A stretch of 62,780 nucleotides of DNA, filler included, from Rhabdomonas costata (lineage: Eukaryota): the NCBI GenBank assembly GCA_019059605.1. It is 39 parts of 39 records of this genome, joined end to end, with 100 filler letters (N's around TTAATTAATTAA, not from the genome) between each part and the next. Parts side by side here need not be neighbours in the genome. Positions count along the whole stretch, not along the records: positions 24,204 to 25,711 come from JAHMHO010014112.1; positions 25,812 to 27,318 come from JAHMHO010014113.1; positions 27,419 to 28,930 come from JAHMHO010014114.1; positions 29,031 to 30,542 come from JAHMHO010014115.1; positions 30,643 to 32,154 come from JAHMHO010014116.1; positions 32,255 to 33,766 come from JAHMHO010014117.1; positions 33,867 to 35,379 come from JAHMHO010014118.1; positions 35,480 to 36,992 come from JAHMHO010014119.1; 31 more parts are not named here. One strand, written 5' to 3'. Both the position numbers and the translations under genes were made by a program. The notes under the pieces are model-generated. The model was not told the origin of the DNA. It did not search any database and saw only the letters and a list, made by a program, of their open reading frames with translations. Position 1 is the first letter of the stretch. Every line of letters starts with the position of its first letter. Below, piece by piece: positions 24,786 through 37,139 of the stretch.

Positions 24786-25711
24786 CGTGGAGCTCAAGCA
24801 GAAAAACAGTCCCTGGGGGCATAATGTTGAGCCCCGCAGGGTCCAGGATAGTCGTGTCATGCCGGTCGAGCTGAATTCCGTAAAACTTCAACGCCGCGTA
24901 CAGGTTCTCGCGGTGGCCAAAGTAGCCCCACAGCTGGCCCGAAGTGGAACCAGTCGCTGCCGAGCAAAGGGCAACCACATGACAACTCGTGACGAAGGCT
25001 CCAAGGGAAGCAAAAAGCAGAGAAAAAAGAAGGTCAGTCAGACAAAGAAAGGATAGGTAAGTTTGGGACCTTCGCTGAGAACCTGATGATCTCATGGGAT
25101 GCTGTCATATGGCCAAAGTGCACGTGACGAAAGAATGGGCGAAATATGAGTTGAGGTGGGGCCGGGCCCCAAGACCCCTACCATTGGGTGCAGGTGCAGC
25201 CAGAGCGGCGGCGGCAGCCTGGAAGTTGCGCAGGATGTCCTGTGCCAGGCCCCCGATCATGTAAGTGTGCTGCGCCGGGGAATCGAACATCCGCCCAAAC
25301 TGGATCTCCATGGTCAAGTGGACCCCCGCCCGGAGGCTCTGGAAGCTCAGTCCAGGCATCAGGGGAAAGCTGGAATAGTAGTCCTGCGAAAACCCGAACC
25401 CCTTCCACCCCATCTACGTCAGCCAGGAAAGAAATATGCACATCTGAGGGGGGGGCGCTTCAGCGCGGGCGCATGTAACAGCGGGAGGACCGTTTCATAC
25501 TTCTAATTGAAACACCCCATTGGAAATGAATAGGTCCATGTGCATCGTCATCACCACGAGGAACGGCAGCACCTGTCGTCCACCCAAACCTCTCCACAAA
25601 GCTATTTTTATGTAGGGGCAAGAGTGCCACCAGTTTTGAAACTATATCCGCTGGGGGGTCCCTGTTGCGCACCAGAGGTGCACGCTTTCTCCCCACTGTA
25701 AAACCACACCC
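24786..25711 (-). CDS. histidine acid phosphatase-like protein, C-terminal part (exons >25696-25514, 25413-25182, 24956-24786)
   Basis: Phase-matched GT-AG introns. IGGLAQDILRNFQ...QLWGYFGHRENLYAALKFYGI...IMPPGTVFLLELH follows the His_Phos_2 C-terminal pattern (G.L..IL......L..Y.GHD.TL..LL..LG....PP.....FEL). Confidence 0.55.
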
Positions 25712-26444
25712 NNNNNNNNNNNNNNNNNNNNNNNNNNNNNNNNNNNNNNNNNNNNTTAATTAATTAANNNNNNNNNNNNNNNNNNNNNNNNNNNNNNNNN
25801 NNNNNNNNNNNGTTTTGGGGGAGGGTGTGGGTGAGGCGGGTACCAGAAGTAAGCGATAGTGTGTGTGTGCTGAGAGCTGGATAGAGAATGCGAAAGGGGG
25901 TTGGTGGAGTTGGTTGAAAAACGGGATTTGTTAAAAAAAAAGCTAGAAAACGATTTCTTTCTGCGTGCTTAGAGTTTGGTCTGGTACCGGAATTTTTCTT
26001 CCCGGACGGCAGCATTTGTTGCAACTGTGCCAGAGCTAGAAGCTGGATGCGATTTGGCGGCACACCTCCGCGACGGTGCTGAAACAACACGATCTATCCA
26101 ACAATCGCTAATTTGAGAGAACGCTACAGAAAACAGTACGAGAAGTATTATTGTGAGCAGGTGCGCGCGCGAGGTCCTCTTCCTCTTTCACCGCAACGTG
26201 GTCCTTCACGCGCGGAAGCAAGAAGCAATGCATGTACTCCATCCCAAATTCGATGGATTCTATGGGTTTGAAAGTGACGTGTGACCCACCCATCAATATT
26301 ATGAGATGTATCCGGAAGCAGGGTAGCAGAGTATGATGGGTACAAGGAAGTAAAAATGGCTAAATGAAGATCAACGGCTTATGAATTGCGAGTTTATGAA
26401 TGGACGGGATCTTGCTCGATGCAGGGGGCCAATTGGGCACACGC

Positions 26445-27144
26445 CTCTGGTTGAGTGCCTGCAAGGCGCGGAGGTAGGCCACCAGGGTGCCCACTCTAGT
26501 CTGCAGCTGAGCCGCCAGGGTGCGCAGGCACAGCACCAGCAGGAGGTTGGCCCAGCACGCCCCAGCTGACTGCGCCAGCACATTCATGGTGTGCAGCACG
26601 GCAAGGCCAAGCCGCCCGATCTCCCACCCCGCGTCTGTGATACATCCAAAAGAGAGCCGGTGTGTGGAAGTGGAGAGTGAGGGAGTCTGTGATTCTTGCG
26701 GACCACCGAGAGCTGTGGTGCTGGTCGGCGTGGAAGGAAATTACAAGCGGAGACATCCCAGCATGTTTAGAATGGCGCCTGTGTGGGCTGCTCGCAGGCG
26801 TTGCCCAGCAGAGGAAGGAGTGAGGCAAATGTCTCCCAATCCAATCCCATTCCAACGCACTCGCACTATCGGCTGATTATCGCTAGCCATCCGCCCGCCG
26901 CTCAGCCGCTCGTTTGACATACCGGCTCACTCTTCAAGGCAAGCCGCACCAGTCTCTGTCAACGTTCCACCAACCTCACAACAACAACACCTGTTTGCCA
27001 CCACCAATCCCTATCCCCACGCAGGTCTCCTTCAGGACCTGTGTAATAGCAGTGCTCATCAACAACCACGTCGTAGAAGATCCGGTGATAGAGGAACATG
27101 AACTTCGCGCCGCAGTGCGCGGCGTCCATGAAGACGCACACAGG
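26445..27144 (-). CDS. AMFR/gp78/RIN2-like ERAD E3 ubiquitin ligase, membrane region preceding the RING (exons 27144-26991, 26634-26445)
   Basis: PVCVFMDAAH...WQT|DAGWEIGRLGLAVLHTMNV...NLLLVLCLRTLAAQLQTRVGTLVAYLRALQALNQR parallels the RIN2/AMFR last TM helices and pre-RING helix. Phase-1 GT-AG intron. The RING is not in the contig. Confidence 0.6.
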
Positions 27145-27418
27145 CTGTCCAAAGCGGGCCAAATGACTTACTTTGTTTCGACGTTGCATTGTGACATGCA
27201 ACCCAAGAAGGGACTTCTGGACGCCAAGTTTGGTGTTGTCCTACCAGCCGAAAGTTCCCCGCAAACAATATTCCCTCTCCCCAATCAAAATATGCATCGC
27301 TCTTGAACCACAACAAACNNNNNNNNNNNNNNNNNNNNNNNNNNNNNNNNNNNNNNNNNNNNTTAATTAATTAANNNNNNNNNNNNNNNNNNNNNNNNNN
27401 NNNNNNNNNNNNNNNNNN

Positions 27419-28930
27419 GGTTGGGTGGGAAACTCGGCGGACTCGGCGAGGCGGAGGACATACAAATATAGGACGGTGCGGTAGAAGACGATCCACCATC
27501 TGGACCACATGTCCCCGCCTGCCAGGTACCGCAGGTGCAGGGACATCAGGGTGTGGGCCATCGTGCTGCCGGTGAAGATCAGCCCCCACACGGGCAGTGG
27601 CAGCAGGATCAGCAGGAAGATCATGAGTCCCAGGTGGGACATCGCACTGCAAGCGAGGGGGTAAGTCCACCGTGCTCGAATTCGGAACCAACCTCTCTTG
27701 CAACTCGCCGCAGAAGTGGCCCTTTCATACCCACCTTCTTTCAACCCAAATTTGGAACAACGGGAGAGTCCACAAAGCAGGGCTTTTGCCGGTGGGGGAC
27801 AGACGTTTCGTCTCTGGCAGTGGATCTCGAAAGCGCTCTTCTCGGTAACGTGAAAAATGCGGTGCACACACGTCCCCCTCTCCGAACGAACGGTTAGGAA
27901 AGCGTCGGGCGCCACACCAGCACTTTGCGGCCGTAACCTAACAAACGTTTGCAGTTGCACGTCAAACATTAGCAATGAACTCTTCGTCCGCCCCCCTCCC
28001 CATATTCACCTTTGCATAGCGGCGCTATTAACGCTGTGGCTATGCACACCGTGAGTGGCCTTCGCTATTCGTGAATAGCGTCCTGCTACTCAATCATGCA
28101 CACAAAGATGTTGTGCATCTTTTCTCTTCAATCACAAAACCCGTCTGCAGGCGAAACATCACTCAAATGAGAGCAACTTGCCACACGCGCATGAGAAAAT
28201 ATACCCAGCACTAGGTGTACAACGTTACCATGCGATCACGGAACCCCTGGGACAGACTATTTTTGTGCGAAGGCCAGCACCGCGCGCCTGAGCCAAACAC
28301 CTGAGCGCCATGAACGCTCAGGTGAAATGGCAACAGAACGCCAGCTAGGGGTTAGGTGGAGGCACGCATACGGGAGCGTGTGTGGGGCTCCGGTATCGAC
28401 ATATCCGTTCCAAAGTTTTTGCGCAGCAAACGCCACTCACGGCTGAGTAGCGAACGCTACTGATAAACTCCGTTCGCTATTAACGGAGGGGGGGTGGCGA
28501 TGGAGGCTAAGACCAATAGTTTAAACATCCTGCCTGACCTCTACCCTCAGCACAGGAAGCGAAATCGATGCGCTTCGAAGGCTGAAGCCCATTCGAAGGC
28601 CCATACAAAAATTGGCAAGAGTTGCTTCTAAGCGCCGCCTCTCGGAGAAATACGCCGACCAGGGTAAGTGTGCGTGGAGGAACCGACCCTTAAAAAGCAC
28701 GGGTACCTTCCAATGAACAGCCGCTGGGACATATCAGACAGCCGGTAGCCGTTGTCGCGCACACGCACAACGGCGTACACCAGCAGCACGGAGGAGAGGA
28801 ACGCGTCGAAGCATCCGAAGACGGAGCAGGTGCGGATATAGTCCTCCGTGGTCCGGCAGTGCGCCAGAAGCTGCAGCCAGATCCCGAACATCAGCGCCAG
28901 GTACAGCGCAATGCTCACCGCCAACAAACC
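27419..28930 (-). CDS. multi-pass membrane protein, partial (exons >28930-28707, 27646-<27419)
   Basis: Phase-2 GT-AG intron 28706-27647 gives RLFIGS|AMSHLGLMIFLLILL; several hydrophobic segments. Confidence 0.75.
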
Positions 28931-29044
28931 NNNNNNNNNNNNNNNNNNNNNNNNNNNNNNNNNNNNNNNNNNNNTTAATTAATTAANNNNNNNNNNNNNN
29001 NNNNNNNNNNNNNNNNNNNNNNNNNNNNNNCCCCCCTTATCAAC

Positions 29045-30517
29045 CTGCAGGCGCTTCCACCTTCTCATGACAGTGAGGGGCGAACTAAGAGGATCAAGGT
29101 GAGCGGGCAGGGAGGGAGGGGGCTTTGCCATGGAGTAATCCACCACGGGAGGCTGCGGAGGGTTCAGGGTGGCCAGCTGTGAGGCCGCCATGAGCTCTCG
29201 CAAGGCTTGACCCACGGGCAGCCCATGGGTGGCGTTGTACTGGAACCGCGACAACAGAAACAGCTCCTGCGTGGCCAGGCGATAGCGCCGCACGGGGTCT
29301 GTGCCTGGCGCACTGTCCACCACCACGAAGTGCTGCTTCACCTGTGCAAAAGCCAAATGTGGATCACACACGACACGCGACAAACGAATGCAAAACCCTA
29401 AAGGCTAGGCTACGGTCCATGCGCACACACACGAATCGCCACCCCCCCCGCAACCCGCATACTTCGGCAGCGATGTCCTTGGCGATCTTCTTGAGTTCGG
29501 GGTAACCCACCAGCTGGGCGTCCTGCGCCTTGGCTTCCGCGGCGTGGGTTGTATCCAGCTGCACCAGAACCTCTTTCTTGTCTCGCACAAGGGCCTTGAA
29601 GGGGAGCGAATGCAAGAGAGACCGAGGTCTGTGCAGTGGGGAACCAACTAGCGTTGCCAATACCAAAAATGTTCCAGGACACCTGACCAAAAACCTGCTT
29701 CTCAGCGTTTTCACCACAACCGTTGCCAACTGCTAGCACCTGCTTGCTACGGCTTAGTTTCCCGCCGCGAAGGTGTTCGTATGAGACGTACTCCAAAGTT
29801 TCCCGCCATTACCCACGCCTCTGCCTCCACGCTCCTCATATGCACCACACACCGCACGTCCTGTGCAAGCGAAACTACTCCGAGTCGGCACCCAGCCATA
29901 CAGGCCCGCACCCACACCTGCAAGGCTGCCACCTTCGCGCGCAGGCTTTGCTCGGTGGTGGCAATTTTCTCGCGCAAGGGCGCCACAGTGGGCCCATTGT
30001 CCTCAGGAAGCGCCGTGCCCGTGAGAGACTCGAACCGCCGCAGGCCCGCATGGAAGTCCCGGGCCGCGTCGTTCTGGAGGTATGTAGGAACCTGGGCATA
30101 TCCCCCATGCACACATGCACTCTTTCCCACACACACACACACACACATAGTACACGAGCGAATAAGAGCAGTAAAAATTCGCAGAGGGAATGCAGAAGCC
30201 CGAAATATGAAGGCACGCGATGAAAGAGAGCCAGAAAGATAGGCAGACCAGAGAGACCCCCCAAAAGAGTGCTTCGCTTCGCCAGACCGAAGGCAACAGC
30301 ATACCTTCTTTGCCAGCTGCAGGACTTTTTCTGCGTCCACTGAAGCCAGGGTGGCTGGCACCGAGGCGACCCACTGCTGCACTCCCTGCACGGAGGAGCT
30401 CACGGCCTGCGTCGTCTCGGTGAGCTGCCTGGCCCAGCCGTCGACCCGCTCCTTCCCGAGGATCTCCTCAGCTTTTCTTAGCACCGTGGAAGCAACGGAG
30501 CCGTCGTCGTCGCTCAT
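29045..30517 (-). CDS. hypothetical helical protein, 4 exons (30517-30305, 30091-29918, 29594-29463, 29341-29045)
   Basis: Three phase-0 GT-AG introns, every exon a multiple of 3 and open, strong GC3 bias; 272 aa from MSDDDGSVAS. Confidence 0.85.
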
Positions 30518-32350
30518 CGCCCCTCAGGTCTGCCCACCACACNNNNNNNNNNNNNNNNNNNNNNNNNNNNNNNNNNNNNNNNNNNNTTAATTAATTAANN
30601 NNNNNNNNNNNNNNNNNNNNNNNNNNNNNNNNNNNNNNNNNNTGGGTTTGGTTCCGTCATGGTAGTCTGAGCTGGGAAGTATTTCAACGATGCAATACAT
30701 CGAGTGATGAAAAAACTTGCAACCACACGGTCGAACCGCCATTGTACACAAAGGACGTCCAGGGGCTTCGGTACCGGGCCCCTAATGAAACGAGCGTCGG
30801 AGGGTGTCCCCAACACATTCACACACACGCCCGTGCCCGGGGAGATTTGGCCCATGCTCCCACGTCGAATGGGGATAACGGCTCACAGGGTGACGCGACA
30901 GCACATGAAAGAAGTACGACCAATTGCGCGGCCCTACCGCCCACTCCCCCGGACGGGTGAATGTCCGGAGGCCGCATGATGAGGCAAGGAAAACTCACAG
31001 GGAATGATCATCAGAACAGCGTACAACGACGCTGCCATCCCGTAACGAAATGGTACGAAATGGTTTGCCCCACAACCAGTGCCTTTGGTTAGCGATACCT
31101 CCTCACGCTTACCCTAACAATCACAAACCGCGGACGCCATTTCTCACCCAAAATCTCAGATAGGCCATGTACATGAGAAGATGAGTGTATTCTTCTGTTC
31201 GCTTTGGACCAGCTTGGACACGGGAGGAAGGGAGAACCTTCAGAGAGCACTGTGCTTTGAGGTGAGCTCTCATCGGCACGTGGATCTGTTTGACAGCCGT
31301 GCTGTTTGTCTTTTTCTTCTTCGAGGCCTCTCACTTGCTTGCTCTTGACAACAGGAGAAGCGTAGGGGGTCAAGTTGCTGAGGCTACCAGCGCGACCGAA
31401 ACAGCTTGTCAGGTTCCGCAACCGCAGTGGTCTCAGTGCCGTGGGTGGTGCGGAGAGAATTTTCGACGATGCCAACGGTGGGCACAAGCCCGGGTGGCGG
31501 CTAGTCCTCAGTAAGCAGCATTTTGTAGGAGCCAGCCAAAAGTACTCATGTTACTCTATGTCGTTGCTGGCACACCGGCGTGCAAATGGGCATCGGCGGT
31601 TTGCCAGCCCTCACTCTCGCCGACAGTCTTTCTCTTTAACAAAACCGGAAAGCTCAGTGAGTTACCCCACTTCGGTGTGTGGGCCCTACCCTTACGTATG
31701 CTAAAATAGCCCCGGCCGAAGCTTAGCTCAGTGTGCAGGTCCGCAAAGGCACAAGGACCCTTCAAATTTTTCGAAGTGGAAAAGGCCTTAAAAAGGCCAA
31801 TATTTTGGCATGCAGGAGAAGTCGCACTCGGGGAAGCGGCCAACCAACTCATCTCAGGAGTACTACCATCCCACCAATAATGAGCCTCAACTCGTTACTC
31901 TACCTCGAGTTTGCTGTCAATGGTAGGTCTCTGGTCCGGTACCGGTTCCGGTCAGATTCTGTTCCGGAAGTGATATGTGTATTTAACCCAACGAATAGGG
32001 TGGCACGCCTCGGCTGGAATTCGTGGTCCTAATCCCCCTCCACCCCCACCATCCTCAACACGGTCTCCACGGAAGCCTCCATGCTGATGAGCTTCAAGCA
32101 TCCCTCGCAGTCCTGCGCAGCAACAAAGCAAAAGCAAGCTTATCCTGGCCCAAANNNNNNNNNNNNNNNNNNNNNNNNNNNNNNNNNNNNNNNNNNNNTT
32201 AATTAATTAANNNNNNNNNNNNNNNNNNNNNNNNNNNNNNNNNNNNNNNNNNNNGGTTGGTGTTTCTGAGGTTCGGAAAATGGAATTAAAGGTCTCCACT
32301 ACCTTTGGTAATCGACGATTTAAGCTCTTTGAAGTGCTGCACTTTCCCAG

Positions 32351-33567
32351 GTAAAGGGGGCATTTCCAACATTCATGGGCTTCACGTGGCCTTTGCCAGC
32401 GGTACTTTTGACAAGTACGTTCAAACAGCTGGGGTGAGCACTTCTACGGTTTGTGCCTGTTTCTTGCTCTTTCTTGTTGTTCCTTTGCAACTTTTGTTGA
32501 AACCTTTGCATACCACCGAAATGGCCAATGGTTGTAAAAGTGAAGTTTCAAGACCGTCTGCTGGTTGCCCATTCGATTCGGTTCGATGTTTGCTGCTGTT
32601 TGCTGCAAGAACGATAATGGGACAATGTCCTTCTCACTGGACTGTTGATGGTTGCCCATCCTTTTCAAGTCGCATATGTTCCTGTTTGTTCATATTATGC
32701 CGCTTGTCTCCTCTTACGTTGAGACTGATAGAGCCAAAAATGCCTCTTGGGATCTTGGGACTTTTAGCTCACAAGCGTCCATCTTAAAAAAATACTGCCC
32801 GGCAACCATAAAAAATTGACAATTAAAACAACGACTACTTACTTACTTACTTGCTTGTATTGTACCACCTTAACACCTTACTATGTCGAAAACCCCCACG
32901 GTTCTCCATTTGTGAAAAGGATTTCGAAGATGACCCAGTCATTTGCGTAACATTGTGACTTTTTTTATTGAAGGCTTACACTCAGAGCAGTCTGAGGCAG
33001 ATTGAGGTGGCCGCTGGAGCCTCCGAGTTTGGGCGCATGGTGGACCTGCTTCTGACTGCAGAGTGGCCCAAAAACCTGCTCTCGACTGTGCCTCAGCCTG
33101 TGACGTTCAGCGGAGGTGGAGTGCTGTTTTTTTTTCGGTTCAAAAGGGTTTTTCAAAAGCTCCTTTACCATCCCTTAACTCACGGCTTACCAATGCTATA
33201 TATCCATAATAGTCCGAGTGTGTCATTTAAGTTCGAAGATCACATTCGCACAGAATGTTCAGCGTCCGCGTGCAATAACTTATACTGGTGAGCAAAGGAA
33301 GAAAATATATTATGGACAACGGTGAAGTTTAAGCGCACCTACCCAGGAGAACGACCCATATCGTGAAGTCGCAAACAGCTTTTGCGCTGAAACTCAGGTA
33401 GTGGTCCAATTGCCGGGCTGGTCAAGGCTCTCCAGCCCAGGTATCACTTCGCAGCTTCGGAGAATCTGTTTTTTAGTCGACCCCCGTATCGCAACCCGGA
33501 CGTCCCGTACCCTACGAGATTCTTTGGGCTCGCGGGTGTTTCGGACTCCTCGGACAAGCACAAGAAG
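32351..33567 (+). CDS. CWF19L1: CWF19-like protein 1 (Drn1), partial (exons 32351-32433, 32974-33115, 33398-33567)
   Basis: GKGGISNIHGLHVAFASG, VDLLLTAEWP, GSGPIAGLVKALQPRYHFAA and RPPYRN...TRFFGLA are diagnostic CWF19L1 motifs. Intron phases match. Confidence 0.92.
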
Positions 33568-34018
33568 GTTGGTGTTGTTTTTGCACTTCTTTTCTTGAAG
33601 ATGGAAAAGTCGAGCGCCTTCTCTTTTGACTTCGATTTGATTAAATTGTTTGTGGGGGTGTTATTTTTTCGATTACTGGACGGTTGTGGTTTTTTGAACG
33701 CTCTTTTCGTTATCGCTTGTTCTGGGGATGCAAGACCTCCTGAGTGGGTTGACTATATTATGGCACNNNNNNNNNNNNNNNNNNNNNNNNNNNNNNNNNN
33801 NNNNNNNNNNTTAATTAATTAANNNNNNNNNNNNNNNNNNNNNNNNNNNNNNNNNNNNNNNNNNNNTGTGTTTTTTCGTGTTCGTGTGTGTATGTGTGTG
33901 GGTCGCATCCCCTTACCCCCATCTGCTGCAAAGGCAACACCATTCCAGCGACCCTGGCGTGGCACAGTGCGAGGGAGTGATTGGGCTGAAACAAGAAAAA
34001 AAGGTAGAATATAAATAC

Positions 34019-34952
34019 CTGCTCCCGGGGAGCAATCAGAGGGAAGACCCCCAGCACACACTCGGCGAGGGTCACTCCAAGGCTCCAGACGTCTGCCTTC
34101 TCCGTGTGGTCCTCGCCCCGAACCCGCTCCGGCTGAGGAGGCAACAAATAGTTGGGGCAGCACACGGAGGAGACGGGGGGGGGGGCTGAAATCTGTGGTT
34201 GACTAGACTCAAACTGACTTTGTGTCCACTGGACACAACTCAGTTTCTCAGCCCAAACCTTCCTTCTGTACCGTGCTCCCAACAGGAAGTGAGCTTTGGG
34301 GCAAAGGGCTTCTGTTCCGAAAAAAAAATGCCGCGTCTTCGCTGTTCTAATTTTACACACAGGTCTAATTTTATGGCGTTTCACGGTGCACCGAAAACCT
34401 GACCAATGCCCCTGCACTCAATAACGCCCAGCGGCGATGTAGGGCAAAATGACTTCAAATCGTCAAATCGTAAGGTTGATCTCTCCGCGGTTAAGACTTG
34501 CCTTACAACGAGCCAACGACTGTTTTGACGTGTCTTGTTGCTGGGCACAGTTGCACAAACCTCAAAGTCCAATCTGCGCCCAAATCAATTCAAAGCACAG
34601 GGTTTTGGGCGAGAAGTAAAAAAAAAATTCAAAGTTTAATTCAATGTCAGCCAAGAGTTTCCTGAATCCCCAAAACCTCAAAGGTGTACGGGGGACACTT
34701 CAGAATTCAAAGTCCGAAGTTCCATGCAACCCTGCGCTGAGTCCATCCTCTCCATTCTTCTGTTCCATCCCCACCCTTCTATGATATGAACATCTTCATC
34801 TGTTCTCCTGGCAGCCTGTACAGACACACACACACACAACAAAAGGGCATACACTCATGTACTCCTCAGAACCGATCTTTGTGCTGGTGACCTGCCCTGT
34901 TTTCAAGAGGTACTTGGAGCACCCAAAGTCCGTGACTTTCACCTGACCATGG
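34019..34952 (-). CDS. STE7/MAP kinase kinase-like protein kinase, subdomains VII-IX (exons 34952-34853, 34132-34019)
   Basis: GQVKVTDFGCSK...IGSEEYMS|PERVRGEDHTEKADVWSLGVTLAECVLGVFP. The YMSPER and ECxLGxFP motifs are typical of MAP2K. Confidence 0.9.
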
Positions 34953-37092
34953 CTGAGACCCACAAAGCAAGACAAAGCACTATCACATGCCGGAAGAGAT
35001 TATCAAAACCTCTGTAAAGTCCTTGGGATGGCTCTGAGAGATATCAGAGAGATATGAGGTAGGGCTTTGGACCCGGAGGAGCGTTAGAAGGTATTCAGCA
35101 AAACTTTATCAGGCTTGCTTCAAAACCAAAGATTTGGGGTAAATCAGCACAAAGACATGCCGTCTAAGCAGACTCAGAGGACTATCAGGCTAGCGAAACG
35201 AGACTGGGGGGGGGGTGCCCGTTATTATAGTCATTAGACTACAATATCAGTATACCAAAATGGTACCGTATAAGGGTCTCATACGCTATAATATCATTAT
35301 AGTAGTGATGTTAAACATTGACAAACATCGACAAAGCTCGATTTTCAAATGCACTTTTTTGGGTCAATAACACCCCAACNNNNNNNNNNNNNNNNNNNNN
35401 NNNNNNNNNNNNNNNNNNNNNNNTTAATTAATTAANNNNNNNNNNNNNNNNNNNNNNNNNNNNNNNNNNNNNNNNNNNNAGATGCGCGCCTTCCACCCAG
35501 AGCTACAGTGAGGAGGAAAGACGGATAGCTGTGGAATTCATTCGATTGGGCTTTGTCTCAGATTGCACAATCGTTTTGTAGATCTGTGGACTCCCTTGGG
35601 AGCCTTTTCTTTGGTGTTGCGGTCTTTAGACTTAAATATAATAAGGTGCTTAGATCTTTCACCCACCTCTTCGTGTAAAGCCAGTGCATCCGTTCGGGCT
35701 ATGTTCCCTTTGTACTGCTTTTGAGTTTAGATTCTGTCTCGTGCTGCCTCCCATGCCCTTTACCTGCACTGCACTATTGCTGTGCTGAACGGTGCTTCCT
35801 CGCACTCCCCATCTCCCTTTGCGGGCTTCTGATTTGTTTTGTTTTTCTCACCGGTCTTCAAATCCCGGTGGTATGCTGTCATGCCTGCTCATTGCGGTAG
35901 TGTGTGCGGGGGAACCTCGAACCTCGTTTTGGCTGAAACGCGCACTCATGTGCCGCTGATATGCAGCTATTGCGAGAGTTTTTTTTTTTGCGGTATTCCC
36001 CCTTTTGGAACCCCCCCTCCCACCTTCTCTCGCTTCTCCTGCCTTCGCTGTTCTCGGCTTGTCAGCCGATGTTTGGACATTTGAAATGAGTTGGGGTTCT
36101 ATGGGTGTGAAGCTTGCATCTGAACAAGGGGGCCACTTGTTTTTGTTGTTCAGCAGCTGCCTTCGTGCTTTTGAAGCGTTCTTCTGGTTTATATTTTCGT
36201 CTCCGAGCAACCCATGCATTTAATTGCTTGATTGAAGTCTTCGCCGTGATGTTGTGCGGTAATTGATGGCTTCCCTAGGTTTTGAATTGAAGCGCAGCGT
36301 CGGGAGTGCTGAAAATTCCAACCTGGTTGGAACGTTGGCACCCAGGTGTTAAAGCTATGATCAGCGCTATTATGTACAGGCTACACCGCAAACTGTACGT
36401 TCACCACGGTACCCAGCAGGACTCCGTGAAGGCTCCGCATTCAAAAAATTCGAAACGAAGTTCCAAGGGTCACATTAATCTCTCAGTTTCGTATGGTTAT
36501 GCTTGATGTTGGCTTATGTTAATGGGGCATGTCTTGGACTGCGTATTCTGTTTACATTTTGACCGGACTCAGCGGTTTCCTCAACGATTGGCTGACTCAT
36601 TTCTGCCCGCTCTTTCATGTCAAGTGCTGTCGTTTTTGGTTTCGAAGTGTGTGTCTGTGTGTGTGTATGTGAAGCCAAATGGGCTGCACCGTGGGGCTGA
36701 GCCGTGGACTCCCAATAGACGCCATTGTACCCGCGAAATGCCAGTCTCCCCTCACGGTGCGTGGTATGGGGTGTCTGGATGGCGAGTCGGACACCTCGGA
36801 CACCCCGTCGTCCCCTCCCCACCTCCTGTCCTCCTGCTCTACCAAACTGTCCAAAGTTGTCCCTTTACTGCGCATCTGATCTCCTTCCAACCCATCGTAG
36901 ACGTGGTCCCGATACTCACGTCCTCTTATGTGGACAGTGCATTTGTAAGTATACGCAAATACCTCCAGCAGGCTTAGTGTCCACCCCCCAACNNNNNNNN
37001 NNNNNNNNNNNNNNNNNNNNNNNNNNNNNNNNNNNNTTAATTAATTAANNNNNNNNNNNNNNNNNNNNNNNNNNNNNNNNNNNNNNNNNNNN

Positions 37093-37139
37093 CAAAAGCA
37101 CAAAGCAAAAGCACAAAGCAAAAGCACAAAGCAAAAGCA
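37093..37139 (+). repeat. 13-bp tandem repeat (CAAAAGCACAAAG) x3.6
   Basis: Seen directly at the contig start. Confidence 0.9.
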
